Shown one piece after another: positions 23,941 through 38,200 of a stretch of DNA of 64,000 nucleotides. Numbering within the stretch: position 1 is the stretch's first letter; every line of letters begins with the position of its first letter. Made by a program: the position numbers and the translations under genes. Under the pieces are notes generated by a model. That model ran no database searches, was not told the origin of the DNA, and saw nothing but the letters and a program-made list of their open reading frames with translations. Source of the stretch: Auanema rhodensis (Eukaryota > Animalia > Nematoda); contig OZ059900.1 of assembly GCA_964057225.1 (NCBI GenBank), forward strand, positions 15,996,001-16,060,000, read 5' to 3'.

Positions 23941-26678
23941 TGGAACTAGACGTTGTACGAACAATTTTGAGCTAGGTTTCATTGACATTGCATGAGTTTG
24001 AACACATGAAATCGTAAGTCAAAACCTTGTTTACAGCGAAATTTCCAAAAACTGGTTTTCCAGCATAATAAAATATTTCTCATGGGAAATACTGTGTTTT
24101 TGTATTTTTCTAGTCTTCAGCATGTAAAATGCTTCATTTTAGTATGTAACACGCTGAAATTCGTTGCATTTGACGACTCATATGAACAAAAATCGATTTA
24201 ATCAATATTAGCCATAAGGGGCGTGCCCTCAGAATATGCTAATTTCCTTAATTTTCTAACCCTTGTTTTTTTGTCGTGAAAGTGGAACTAGACGTTGTAC
24301 GAACAATTTTGAGCTAGGTTTCATTGACATTGCATGAGTTTGAACACATGAAATCGTAAGTCAAAACCTTGTTTACAGCGAAATTTCGAAAAACTGGTTT
24401 TCCAGCATAATAAAATATTTCTCATGGGAAATACTGTGTTTTTGTATTCTTCTAGTGTTCAGCATGTGAAATGTTTCATTTTAGTGTGTAACACGCTGAA
24501 ATTCGTTGCATTTGACGACTCATATGAACAAAAATCGATTTAATCAATATTAGCCATAAGGGGCGTGCCCTCAGAATATGCTAATTTCCTTAATTTTCTA
24601 ACCCCTGTTTTTTTGTCGTGAAAGTGGAACTAGACGTTGTACGAACAATTTTGAGCTAGGTTTCATTGACATTGCATGAGTTTGAACACATGAAATCGTA
24701 AGTCAAAACCTTGTTTACAGCGAAATTTCCAAAAACTGGTTTTCCAGCATAATAAAATATTTCTCATGGGAAATACTGTGTTTTTGTATTTTTCTAGTGT
24801 TCAGCATGTAAAATGCTTCATTTTAGTATGTAACACGCTGAAATTCGTTGCATTTGACGACTCATATGAACAAAAATCGATTTAATCAATATTAGCCATA
24901 AGGGGCGTGCCCTCAGAATATGCTAATTTCCTTAATTTATCTAACCCTTGTTTTTTTGTCGTGAAAGTGGAACTAGACGTTGTACAAACAATTTTGAGCT
25001 AGGTTTCATTGACATTGCATGAGTTTGAACACATGAAATCGTAAGTCAAAACCTTGTTTACAGCGAAATTTCCAAAAACTGGTTTTCCAGCATGATAAAA
25101 TATTTCTCATGGGAAATACTGTGTTTTTGTATTTTTCTAGTGTTCAGCATGTAAAATGCTTCATTTTAGTATGTAACACGCTGAAATTCGTTGCATTTGA
25201 CGACTCATATGAACAAAAATCGATTTAATCAATATTAGCCATAAGGGGCGTGCCCTCAGAATATGCTAATTTCCTTAATTTTCTAACCCCTGTTTTTTTG
25301 TCGTGAAAGTGGAACTAGACGTTGTACGAACAATTTTGAGCTAGGTTTCATTGACATTGCATGAGTTTGAACACATGAAATCGTAAGTCAAAACCTTGTT
25401 TACAGCGAAATTTCCAAAAACTGGTTTTCCAGCATAATAAAATATTTCTCATGGGAAATACTGTGTTTTTGTATTTTTCTAGTCTTCAGCATGTAAAATG
25501 CTTCATTTTAGTATGTAACACGCTGAAATTCGTTGCATTTGACGACTCATATGAACAAAAATCGATTTAATCAATATTAGCCATAAGGGGCGTGCCCTCA
25601 GAATATGCTAATTTCCTTAATTTTCTAACCCTTGTTTTTTTGTCGTGAAAGTGGAACTAGACGTTGTACGAACAATTTTGAGCTAGGTTTCATTGACATT
25701 GCATGAGTTTGAACACATGAAATCGTAAGTCAAAACCTTGTTTACAGCGAAATTTCGAAAAACTGGTTTTCCAGCATAATAAAATATTTCTCATGGGAAA
25801 TACTGTGTTTTTGTATTCTTCTAGTGTTCAGCATGTGAAATGTTTCATTTTAGTGTGTAACACGCTGAAATTCGTTGCATTTGACGACTCATATGAACAA
25901 AAATCGATTTAATCAATATTAGCCATAAGGGGCGTGCCCTCAGAATATGCTAATTTCCTTAATTTTCTAACCCCTGTTTTTTTGTCGTGAAAGTGGAACT
26001 AGACGTTGTACGAACAATTTTGAGCTAGGTTTCATTGACATTGCATGAGTTTGAACACATGAAATCGTAAGTCAAAACCTTGTTTACAGCGAAATTTCCA
26101 AAAACTGGTTTTCCAGCATAATAAAATATTTCTCATGGGAAATACTGTGTTTTTGTATTTTTCTAGTGTTCAGCATGTAAAATGCTTCATTTTAGTATGT
26201 AACACGCTGAAATTCGTTGCATTTGACGACTCATATGAACAAAAATCGATTTAATCAATATTAGCCATAAGGGGCGTGCCCTCAGAATATGCTAATTTCC
26301 TTAATTTATCTAACCCTTGTTTTTTTGTCGTGAAAGTGGAACTAGACGTTGTACAAACAATTTTGAGCTAGGTTTCATTGACATTGCATGAGTTTGAACA
26401 CATGAAATCGTAAGTCAAAACCTTGTTTACAGCGAAATTTCCAAAAACTGGTTTTCCAGCATGATAAAATATTTCTCATGGGAAATACTGTGTTTTTGTA
26501 TTTTTCTAGTGTTCAGCATGTAAAATGCTTCATTTTAGTATGTAACACGCTGAAATTCGTTGCATTTGACGACTCATATGAACAAAAATCGATTTAATCA
26601 ATATTAGCCATAAGGGGCGTGCCCTCAGAATATGCTAATTTCCTTAATTTTCTAACCCTTGTTTTTTTGTCGTGAAAG
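23941..26678. repeat. Tandem duplication of a 4-monomer block (1369 bp x2)
   Basis: Markers repeat at offset 1369: C175 (24115/25484), T192 (24474/25843) and a 1-bp A insertion (24939/26308). Confidence 0.92.
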
Positions 26679-29600
26679 TGGAACTAGACGTTGTACAAAC
26701 AATTTTGAGCTAGGTTTCATTGACATTGCATGAGTTTGAACACATGAAATCGTAAGTCAAAACCTTGTTTACAGCGAAATTTCCAAAAACTGGTTTTCCA
26801 GCATGATAAAATATTTCTCATGGGAAATACTGTGTTTTTGTATTTTTCTAGTGTTCAGCATGTAAAATGCTTCATTTAAGTATGTAACACGCTGAAATTC
26901 GTTGCATTTGACGACTCATATGAACAAAAATCGATTTAATCAATATTAGCCATAAGGGGCGTGCCCTCAGAATATGCTAATTTCCTTAATTTTCTAACCC
27001 CTGTTTTTTTGTCGTGAAAGTGGAACTAGACGTTGTACGAACAATTTTGAGCTAGGTTTCATTAACATTGCATGAGTTTGAACACATGAAATCGTAAGTC
27101 AAAACCTTGTTTACAGCGAAATTTCCACAAACTGGTTTTCCAGCATAATAAAATATTTCTCATGGGAAATACTGTGTTTTTGTATTCTTCTAGTGTTCAG
27201 CATGTAAAATGCTTCATTTTAGTATGTAACACGCTGAAATTCGTTGCATTTGACGACTCATATGAACAAAAATCGATTTAATCAATATTAGCCATAAGGG
27301 GCGTGCCCTCAGAATATGCTAATTTCCTTAATTTTCTAACCCCTGTTTTTTTGTCGTGAAAGTGGAACTAGACGTTGTACGAACAATTTTGAGCTAGGTT
27401 TCATTGACATTGCATGAGTTTGAACACATGAAATCGTAAGTCAAAACCTTGTTTACAGCGAAATTTCCAAAAACTGGTTTTCCAGCATAATAAAATATTT
27501 CTCATGGGAAATACAGTGTTTTTGTATTTTTCTAGTGTTCAGCATGTAAAATGCTTCATTTTAGTATGTAACACGCTGAAATTCGTTGCATTTGACGACT
27601 CATATGAACAAAAATCGATTTAATCAATATTAGCCATAAGGGGCGTGCCCTCAGAATATGCTAATTTCCTTAATTTTCTAACCCCTGTTTTTTTGTCGTG
27701 AAAGTGGAACTAGACGTTGTACGAACAATTTTGAGCTAGGTTTCATTGACATTGCATGAGTTTGAACACATGAAATCGTAAGTCAAAACCTTGTTTACAG
27801 CGAAATTTCCAAAAACTGGTTTTCCAGCATAATAAAATATTTCTCATGGGAAATACTGTGTTTTTGTATTTATCTAGTGTTCAGCATGTAAAATGCTTCA
27901 TTTTAGTATGTAACACGCTGAAATTCGTTGCATTTGACGACTCATATGAACAAAAATCGATTTAATCAATATTAGCCATAAGGGGCGTGCCCTCAGAATA
28001 TGCTAATTTCCTTAATTTTCTAACCCCTGTTTTTTTGTCGTGAAAGTGGAACTAGACGTTGTACGAACAATTTTGAGCTAGGTTTCATTGACATTGCATG
28101 AGTTTGAACACATGAAATCGTAAGTCAAAACCTTGTTTACAGCGAAATTTCCAAAAACTGGTTTTCCAGCATAATAAAATATTTCTCATGGGGAATACTG
28201 TGTTTTTGTATTTTTCTAGTGTTCAGCATGTAAAATGCTTCATTTTAGTATGTAACACGCTGAAATTCGTTGCATTTGACGACTCATATGAACAAAAATC
28301 GATTTAATCAATATTAGCCATAAGGGGCGTGCCCTCAGAATATGCTAATTTCCTTAATTTTCTAACCCCTGTTTTTTTGTCGTGAAAGTGGAACTAGACG
28401 TTGTACGAACAATTTTGAGCTAGGTTTCATTGACATTGCATGAGTTTGAACACATGAAATCGTAAGTCAAAACCTTGTTTACAGCGAAATTTCCAAAAAC
28501 TGGTTTTCCAGCATAATAAAATATTTCTCATGGGAAACACTGTGTTTTTGTATTTTTCTAGTGTTCAGCATGTAAAATGCTTCATTTTAGTTTGTAACAC
28601 GCTGAAATTCGTTGCATTTGACGACTCATATGAACAAAAATCGATTTAATCAATATTAGCCATAAGGGGCGTGCCCTCAGAATATGCTAATTTCCTTAAT
28701 TTTCTAACCCCTGTTTTTTTGTCGTGAAAGTGGAACTAGACGTTGTACGAACAATTTTGAGCTAGGTTTCATTGACATTGCATGAGTTTGAACACATGAA
28801 ATCGTAAGTCAAAACCTTGTTTACAGCGAAATTTCCAAAAACTGGTTTTCCAGCATAATAAAATATTTCTCATGGGAAATACTGTGTTTTTGTATTTTTC
28901 TAGTGTTCAGCATGTGAAATGCTTCATTTTAGTGTGTAACACGCTGAAATTCGTTGCATTTGACGACTCATATGAACAAAAATCGATTTAATCAATATTA
29001 GCCATAAGGGGCGTGCCCTCAGAATATGCTAATTTCCTTAATTTTCTAACCCCTGTTTTTTTGTCGTGAAAGTGGAACTAGACGTTGTACGAACAATTTT
29101 GAGCTAGGTTTCATTGACGTTGCATGAGTTTGAACACATGAAATCGTAAGTCAAAACCTTGTTTACAGCGAAATTTCCAAAAACTGGTTTTCCAGCATAA
29201 TAAAATATTTCTCATGGGAAACACTGTGTTTTTGTATTTTTCTAGTGTTCAGCATGTAAAATGCTTCATTTTAGTTTGTAACACGCTGAAATTCGTTGCA
29301 TTTGACGACTCATATGAACAAAAATCGATTTAATCAATATTAGCCATAAGGGGCGTGCCCTCAGAATATGCTAATTTCCTTAATTTTCTAACCCTTGTTT
29401 TTTTGTCGTGAAAGTGGAACTAGACGTTGTACAAACAATTTTGAGCTAGGTTTCATTGACATTGCATGAGTTTGAACACATGAAATCGTAAGTCAAAACC
29501 TTGTTTACAGCGAAATTTCCAAAAACTGGTTTTCCAGCATGATAAAATATTTCTCATGGGAAATACTGTGTTTTTGTATTTTTCTAGTGTTCAGCATGTA

Positions 29601-32150
29601 AAATGCTTCATTTTAGTATGTAACACGCTGAAATTCGTTGCATTTGACGACTCATATGAACAAAAATCGATTTAATCAATATTAGCCATAAGGGGCGTGC
29701 CCTCAGAATATGCTAATTTCCTTAATTTTCTAACCCCTGTTTTTTTGTCGTGAAAGTGGAACTAGACGTTGTACGAACAATTTTGAGCTAGGATTCATTA
29801 ACATTGCATGAGTTTGAACACATGAAATCGTAAGTCAAAACCTTGTTTACAGCGAAATTTCCACAAACTGGTTTTCCAGCATAATAAAATATTTCTCATG
29901 GGAAATACTGTGTTTTTGTATTCTTCTAGTGTTCAGCATGTAAAATGCTTCATTTTAGTATGTAACACGCTGAAATTCGTTGCATTTGACGACTCATATG
30001 AACAAAAATCGATTTAATCAATATTAGCCATAAGGGGCGTGCCCTCAGAATATGCTAATTTCCTTAATTTTCTAACCCCTGTTTTTTTGTCGTGAAAGTG
30101 GAACTAGACGTTGTACGAACAATTTTGAGCTAGGTTTCATTGACATTGCATGAGTTTGAACACATGAAATCGTAAGTCAAAACCTTGTTTACAGCGAAAT
30201 TTCCAAAAACTGGTTTTCCAGCATAATAAAATATTTCTCATGGGAAATACAGTGTTTTTGTATTTTTCTAGTGTTCAGCATGTAAAATGCTTCATTTTAG
30301 TATGTAACACGCTGAAATTCGTTGCATTTGACGACTCATATGAACAAAAATCGATTTAATCAATATTAGCCATAAGGGGCGTGCCCTCAGAATATGCTAA
30401 TTTCCTTAATTTTCTAACCCCTGTTTTTTTGTCGTGAAAGTGGAACTAGACGTTGTACGAACAATTTTGAGCTAGGTTTCATTGACATTGCATGAGTTTG
30501 AACACATGAAATCGTAAGTCAAAACCTTGTTTACAGCGAAATTTCCAAAAACTGGTTTTCCAGCATAATAAAATATTTCTCATGGGAAATACTGTGTTTT
30601 TGTATTTATCTAGTGTTCAGCATGTAAAATGCTTCATTTTAGTATGTAACACGCTGAAATTCGTTGCATTTGACGACTCATATGAACAAAAATCGATTTA
30701 ATCAATATTAGCCATAAGGGGCGTGCCCTCAGAATATGCTAATTTCCTTAATTTTCTAACCCCTGTTTTTTTGTCGTGAAAGTGGAACTAGACGTTGTAC
30801 GAACAATTTTGAGCTAGGTTTCATTGACATTGCATGAGTTTGAACACATGAAATCGTAAGTCAAAACCTTGTTTACAGCGAAATTTCCAAAAACTGGTTT
30901 TCCAGCATAATAAAATATTTCTCATGGGGAATACTGTGTTTTTGTATTTTTCTAGTGTTCAGCATGTAAAATGCTTCATTTTAGTATGTAACACGCTGAA
31001 ATTCGTTGCATTTGACGACTCATATGAACAAAAATCGATTTAATCAATATTAGCCATAAGGGGCGTGCCCTCAGAATATGCTAATTTCCTTAATTTTCTA
31101 ACCCCTGTTTTTTTGTCGTGAAAGTGGAACTAGTCGTTGTACGAACAATTTTGAGCTAGGTTTCATTGACATTGCATGAGTTTGAACACATGAAATCGTA
31201 AGTCAAAACCTTGTTTACAGCGAAATTTCCAAAAACTGGTTTTCCAGCATAATAAAATATTTCTCATGGGAAACACTGTGTTTTTGTATTTTTCTAGTGT
31301 TCAGCATGTAAAATGCTTCATTTTAGTTTGTAACACGCTGAAATTCGTTGCATTTGACGACTCATATGAACAAAAATCGATTTAATCAATATTAGCCATA
31401 AGGGGCGTGCCCTCAGAATATGCTAATTTCCTTAATTTTCTAACCCCTGTTTTTTTGTCGTGAAAGTGGAACTAGACGTTGTACGAACAATTTTGAGCTA
31501 GGTTTCATTGACATTGCATGAGTTTGAACACATGAAATCGTAAGTCAAAACCTTGTTTACAGCGAAATTTCCAAAAACTGGTTTTCCAGCATAATAAAAT
31601 ATTTCTCATGGGAAATACTGTGTTTTTGTATTTTTCTAGTGTTCAGCATGTGAAATGCTTCATTTTAGTGTGTAACACGCTGAAATTCGTTGCATTTGAC
31701 GACTCATATGAACAAAAATCGATTTAATCAATATTAGCCATAAGGGGCGTGCCCTCAGAATATGCTAATTTCCTTAATTTTCTAACCCCTGTTTTTTTGT
31801 CGTGAAAGTGGAAATAGACGTTGTACGAACAATTTTGAGCTAGGTTTCATTGACGTTGCATGAGTTTGAACACATGAAATCGTAAGTCAAAACCTTGTTT
31901 ACAGCGAAATTTCCAAAAACTGGTTTTCCAGCATAATAAAATATTTCTCATGGGAAACACTGTGTTTTTGTATTTTTCTAGTGTTCAGCATGTAAAATGC
32001 TTCATTTTAGTTTGTAACACGCTGAAATTCGTTGCATTTGACGACTCATATGAACAAAAATCGATTTAATCAATATTAGCCATAAGGGGCGTGCCCTCAG
32101 AATATGCTAATTTCCTTAATTTTCTAACCCCTGTTTTTTTGTCGTGAAAG
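26679..32150. repeat. Tandem duplication of an 8-monomer block (2736 bp x2)
   Basis: Markers repeat at offset 2736: A44 (27064/29800), A153 (27515/30251), A168 (27872/30608) and G147 (28193/30929). Both copies then end in E-F-E monomers. Confidence 0.92.
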
Positions 32151-35100
32151 TGGAACTAGACGTTGTACAAACAATTTTGAGCTAGGTTTCATTGACATTG
32201 CATGAGTTTGAACACATGAAATCGTAAGTCAAAACCTTGTTTACAGCGAAATTTCCAAAAACTGGTTTTCCAGCATGATAAAATATTTCTCATGGGAAAT
32301 ACTGTGTTTTTGTATTTTTCTAGTGTTCAGCATGTAAAATGCTTCATTTTAATGTGTAACACGCTGAAATTCGTTGCATTTGACGACTCATATGAACAAA
32401 AATCGATTTAATCAATATTGGCCATAAGGGGCGTGCCCTCAGAATATGCTAATTTCCTTAATTTTCTAACCCCTGTTTTTTTGTCGTGAAAGTGGAACTA
32501 GACGTTGTACAAACAATTTTGAGCTAGGTTTCATTGACATTGCATGAGTTTGAACACATGAAATCGTAAGTCAAAACCTTGTTTACAGCGAAATTTCCAA
32601 AAACTGGTTTTCCAGCATGATAAAATATTTCTCATGGGAAATACTGTGTTTTTGTATTTTTCTAGTGTTCAGCATGTAAAATGCTTCATTTTAGTATGTA
32701 ACACGCTGAAATTCGTTGCATTTGACGACTCATATGAACAAAAATCGATTTAATCAATATTAGCCATAAGGGGCGTGCCCTCAGAATATGCTAATTTCCT
32801 TAATTTTGTAACCCCTGTTTTTTTGTCGTGAAAGTTGAACTAGACGTTGTACGAACAATTTTGAGCTAGGTTTCATTGACGTTGCATGAGTTTGAACACA
32901 TGAAATCGTAAGTCAAAACCTTGTTTACAGCGAAATTTCCAAAAACTGGTTTTCCAGCATAATAAAATATTTCTCATGGGAAACACTGTGTTTTTGTATT
33001 TTTCTAGTGTTCAGCATGTAAAATGCTTCATTTTAGTTTGTAACACGCTGAAATTCGTTGCATTTGACGACTCATATGAACAAAAATCGATTTAATCAAT
33101 ATTAGCCATAAGGGGCGTGCCCTCAGAATATGCTAATTTCCTTAATTTTCTAACCCCTGTTTTTTTGTCGTGAAAGTGGAACTAGACGTTGTACAAACAA
33201 TTTTGAGCTAGGTTTCATTGACATTGCATGAGTTTGAACACATGAAATCGTAAGTCAAAACCTTGTTTACAGCGAAATTTCCAAAAACTGGTTTTCCAGC
33301 ATGATAAAATATTTCTCATGGGAAATACTGTGTTTTTGTATTTTTCTAGTGTTCAGAATGTAAAATGCTTCATTTTAGTGTGTAACACGCTGAAATTCGT
33401 TGCATTTGACGACTCATATGAACAAAAATCGATTTAATCAATATTAGCCATAAGGGGCGTGCCCTCAGAATATGCTAATTTCCTTAATTTTCTAACCCCT
33501 GTTTTTTTGTCGTGAAAGTGGAAATAGACGTTGTACGAACAATTTTGAGCTAGGTTTCATTGACGTTGCATGAGTTTGAACACATGAAATCGTAAGTCAA
33601 AACCTTGTTTACAGCGAAATTTCCAAAAACTGGTTTTCCAGCATAATAAAATATTTCTCATGGGAAACACTGTGTTTTTGTATTTTTCTAGTGTTCAGCA
33701 TGTAAAATGCTTCATTTTAGTTTGTAACACGCTGAAATTCGTTGCATTTGACGACTCATATGAACAAAAATCGATTTAATCAATATTAGCCATAAGGGGC
33801 GTGCCCTCAGAATATGCTAATTTCCTTAATTTTCTAACCCCTGTTTTTTTGTCGTGAAAGTGGAACTAGACGTTGTACAAACAATTTTGAGCTAGGTTTC
33901 ATTGACATTGCATGAGTTTGAACACATGAAATCGTAAGTCAAAACCTTGTTTACAGCGAAATTTCCAAAAACTGGTTTTCCAGCATGATAAAATATTTCT
34001 CATGGGAAATACTGTGTTTTTGTATTTTTCTAGTGTTCAGCATGTAAAATGCTTCATTTTAATGTGTAACACGCTGAAATTCGTTGCATTTGACGACTCA
34101 TATGAACAAAAATCGATTTAATCAATATTGGCCATAAGGGGCGTGCCCTCAGAATATGCTAATTTCCTTAATTTTCTAACCCCTGTTTTTTTGTCGTGAA
34201 AGTGGAACTAGACGTTGTACAAACAATTTTGAGCTAGGTTTCATTGACATTGCATGAGTTTGAACACATGAAATCGTAAGTCAAAACCTTGTTTACAGCG
34301 AAATTTCCAAAAACTGGTTTTCCAGCATGATAAAATATTTCTCATGGGAAATACTGTGTTTTTGTATTTTTCTAGTGTTCAGCATGTAAAATGCTTCATT
34401 TTAGTATGTAACACGCTGAAATTCGTTGCATTTGACGACTCATATGAACAAAAATCGATTTAATCAATATTAGCCATAAGGGGCGTGCCCTCAGAATATG
34501 CTAATTTCCTTAATTTTGTAACCCCTGTTTTTTTGTCGTGAAAGTTGAACTAGACGTTGTACGAACAATTTTGAGCTAGGTTTCATTGACGTTGCATGAG
34601 TTTGAACACATGAAATCGTAAGTCAAAACCTTGTTTACAGCGAAATTTCCAAAAACTGGTTTTCCAGCATAATAAAATATTTCTCATGGGAAACACTGTG
34701 TTTTTGTATTTTTCTAGTGTTCAGCATGTAAAATGCTTCATTTTAGTTTGTAACACGCTGAAATTCGTTGCATTTGACGACTCATATGAACAAAAATCGA
34801 TTTAATCAATATTAGCCATAAGGGGCGTGCCCTCAGAATATGCTAATTTCCTTAATTTTCTAACCCCTGTTTTTTTGTCGTGAAAGTGGAACTAGACGTT
34901 GTACAAACAATTTTGAGCTAGGTTTCATTGACATTGCATGAGTTTGAACACATGAAATCGTAAGTCAAAACCTTGTTTACAGCGAAATTTCCAAAAACTG
35001 GTTTTCCAGCATGATAAAATATTTCTCATGGGAAATACTGTGTTTTTGTATTTTTCTAGTGTTCAGAATGTAAAATGCTTCATTTTAATGTGTAACACGC

Positions 35101-35228
35101 TGAAATTCGTTGCATTTGACGACTCATATGAACAAAAATCGATTTAATCAATATTAGCCATAAGGGGCGTGCCCTCAGAATATGCTAATTTCCTTAATTT
35201 TCTAACCCCTGTTTTTTTGTCGTGAAAG
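31809..35228. repeat. Tandem duplication of a 5-monomer block (1710 bp x2)
   Basis: Markers repeat at offset 1710: A6 (31814/33524), G270 (32420/34130), G316 (32808/34518), T2 (32836/34546) and A181 (33357/35067). Confidence 0.92.
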
Positions 35229-38200
35229 TGGAACTAGACGTTGTACGAACAATTTTGAGCTAGGTTTCATTGACATTGCATGAGTTTGAACACATGAAAT
35301 CGTAAGTCAAAACCTTGTTTACAGCGAAATTTCCAAAAACTGGTTTTCCAGCATGATAAAATATTTCTCATGGGAAATACTGTGTTTTTGTATTTTTCTA
35401 GTGTTCAGCATGTAAAATGCTTCATTTTAGTATGTAACACGCTGAAATTCGTTGCATTTGACGACTCATATGAACAAAAATCGATTTAATCAATATTAGC
35501 CATAAGGGGCGTGCCCTCAGAATATGCTAATTTCCTTAATTTTCTAACCCCTGTTTTTTTGTCGTGAAAGTGGAACTAGACGTTGTACGAACAATTTTGA
35601 GCTAGGTTTCATTGACATTGCATGAGTTTGAACACATGAAATCGTAAGTCAAAACCTTGTTTACAGCGAAATTTCCAAAAACTGGTTTTCCAGCATAATA
35701 AAATATTTCTCATGGGGAATACTGTGTTTTTGTATTTTTCTAGTGTTCAGCATGTAAAATGCTTCATTTTAGTATGTAACACGCTGAAATTCGTTGCATT
35801 TGACGACTCATATGAACAAAAATCGATTTAATCAATATTAGCCATAAGGGGCGTGCCCTCAGAATATGCTAATTTCCTTAATTTTCTAACCCCTGTTTTT
35901 TTGTCGTGAAAGTGGAACTAGACGTTGTACGAACAATTTTGAGCTAGGTTTCATTGACATTGCATGAGTTTGAACACATGAAATCGTAAGTCAAAACCTT
36001 GTTTACAGCGAAATTTCCAAAAACTGGTTTTCCAGCATAATAAAATATTTCTCATGGGAAACACTGTGTTTTTGTATTTTTCTAGTGTTCAGCATGTAAA
36101 ATGCTTCATTTTAGTTTGTAACACGCTGAAATTCGTTGCATTTGACGACTCATATGAACAAAAATCGATTTAATCAATATTAGCCATAAGGGGCGTGCCC
36201 TCAGAATATGCTAATTTCCTTAATTTTCTAACCCCTGTTTTTTTGTCGTGAAAGTGGAACTAGACGTTGTACGAACAATTTTGAGCTAGGTTTCATTGAC
36301 ATTGCATGAGTTTGAACACATGAAATCGTAAGTCAAAACCTTGTTTACAGCGAAATTTCCAAAAACTGGTTTTCCAGCATAATAAAATATTTCTCATGGG
36401 AAATACTGTGTTTTTGTATTTTTCTAGTGTTCAGCATGTGAAATGCTTCATTTTAGTGTGTAACACGCTGAAATTCGTTGCATTTGACGACTCATATGAA
36501 CAAAAATCGATTTAATCAATATTAGCCATAAGGGGCGTGCCCTCAGAATATGCTAATTTCCTTAATTTTCTAACCCCTGTTTTTTTGTCGTGAAAGTGGA
36601 ACTAGACGTTGTACGAACAATTTTGAGCTAGGTTTCATTGACATTGCATGAGTTTGAACACATGAAATCGTAAGTCAAAACCTTGTTTACAGCGAAATTT
36701 CCAAAAACTGGTTTTCCAGCATAATAAAATATTTCTCATGGGAAACACTGTGTTTTTGTATTTTTCTAGTGTTCAGCATGTAAAATGCTTCATTTTAGTT
36801 TGTAACACGCTGAAATTCGTTGCATTTGACGACTCATATGAACAAAAATCGATTTAATCAATATTAGCCATAAGGGGCGTGCCCTCAGAATATGCTAATT
36901 TCCTTAATTTTCTAACCCCTGTTTTTTTGTCGTGAAAGTGGAACTAGACGTTGTACGAACAATTTTGAGCTAGGTTTCATTGACATTGCATGAGTTTGAA
37001 CACATGAAATCGTAAGTCAAAACCTTGTTTACAGCGAAATTTCCAAAAACTGGTTTTCCAGCATAATAAAATATTTCTCATGGGAAATACTGTGTTTTTG
37101 TATTTTTCTAGTGTTCAGCATGTGAAATGCTTCATTTTAGTGTGTAACACGCTGAAATTCGTTGCATTTGACGACTCATATGAACAAAAATCGATTTAAT
37201 CAATATTAGCCATAAGGGGCGTGCCCTCAGAATATGCTAATTTCCTTAATTTTCTAACCCCTGTTTTCTTGTCGTGAAAGTGGAACTAGACGTTGTACGA
37301 ACAATTTTGAGCTAGGTTTCATTGACGTTGCATGAGTTTGAACACATGAAATCGTAAGTCAAAACCTTGTTTACAGCGAAATTTCCAAAAACTGGTTTTC
37401 CAGCATGATAAAATATTTCTCATGGGAAATACTGTGTTTTTGTATTTTTCTAGTGTTCAGCATGTAAAATGCTTCATTTTAATGTGTAACACGCTGAAAT
37501 TCGTTGCATTTGACGACTCATATGAACAAAAATCGATTTAATCAATATTAGCCATAAGGGGCGTGCCCTCAGAATATGCTAATTTCCTTAATTTTCTAAC
37601 CCCTGTTTTTTTGTCGTGAAAGTGGAACTAGACGTTGTACGAACAATTTTGAGCTAGGTTTCATTGACATTGCATGAGTTTGAACACATGAAATCGTAAG
37701 TCAAAACCTTGTTTACAGCGAAATTTCCAAAAACTGGTTTTCCAGCATGATAAAATATTTCTCATGGGAAATACTGTGTTTTTGTATTTTTCTAGTGTTC
37801 AGCATGTAAAATGCTTCATTTTAGTATGTAACACGCTGAAATTCGTTGCATTTGACGACTCATATGAACAAAAATCGATTTAATCAATATTAGCCATAAG
37901 GGGCGTGCCCTCAGAATATGCTAATTTCCTTAATTTTCTAACCCCTGTTTTTTTGTCGTGAAAGTGGAACTAGACGTTGTACGAACAATTTTGAGCTAGG
38001 TTTCATTGACGTTGCATGAGTTTGAACACATGAAATCGTAAGTCAAAACCTTGTTTACAGCGAAATTTCCAAAAACTGGTTTTCCAGCATAATAAAATAT
38101 TTCTCATGGGAAACACTGTGTTTTTGTATTTTTCTAGTGTTCAGCATGTAAAATGCTTCATTTTAGTTTGTAACACGCTGAAATTCGTTGCATTTGACGA

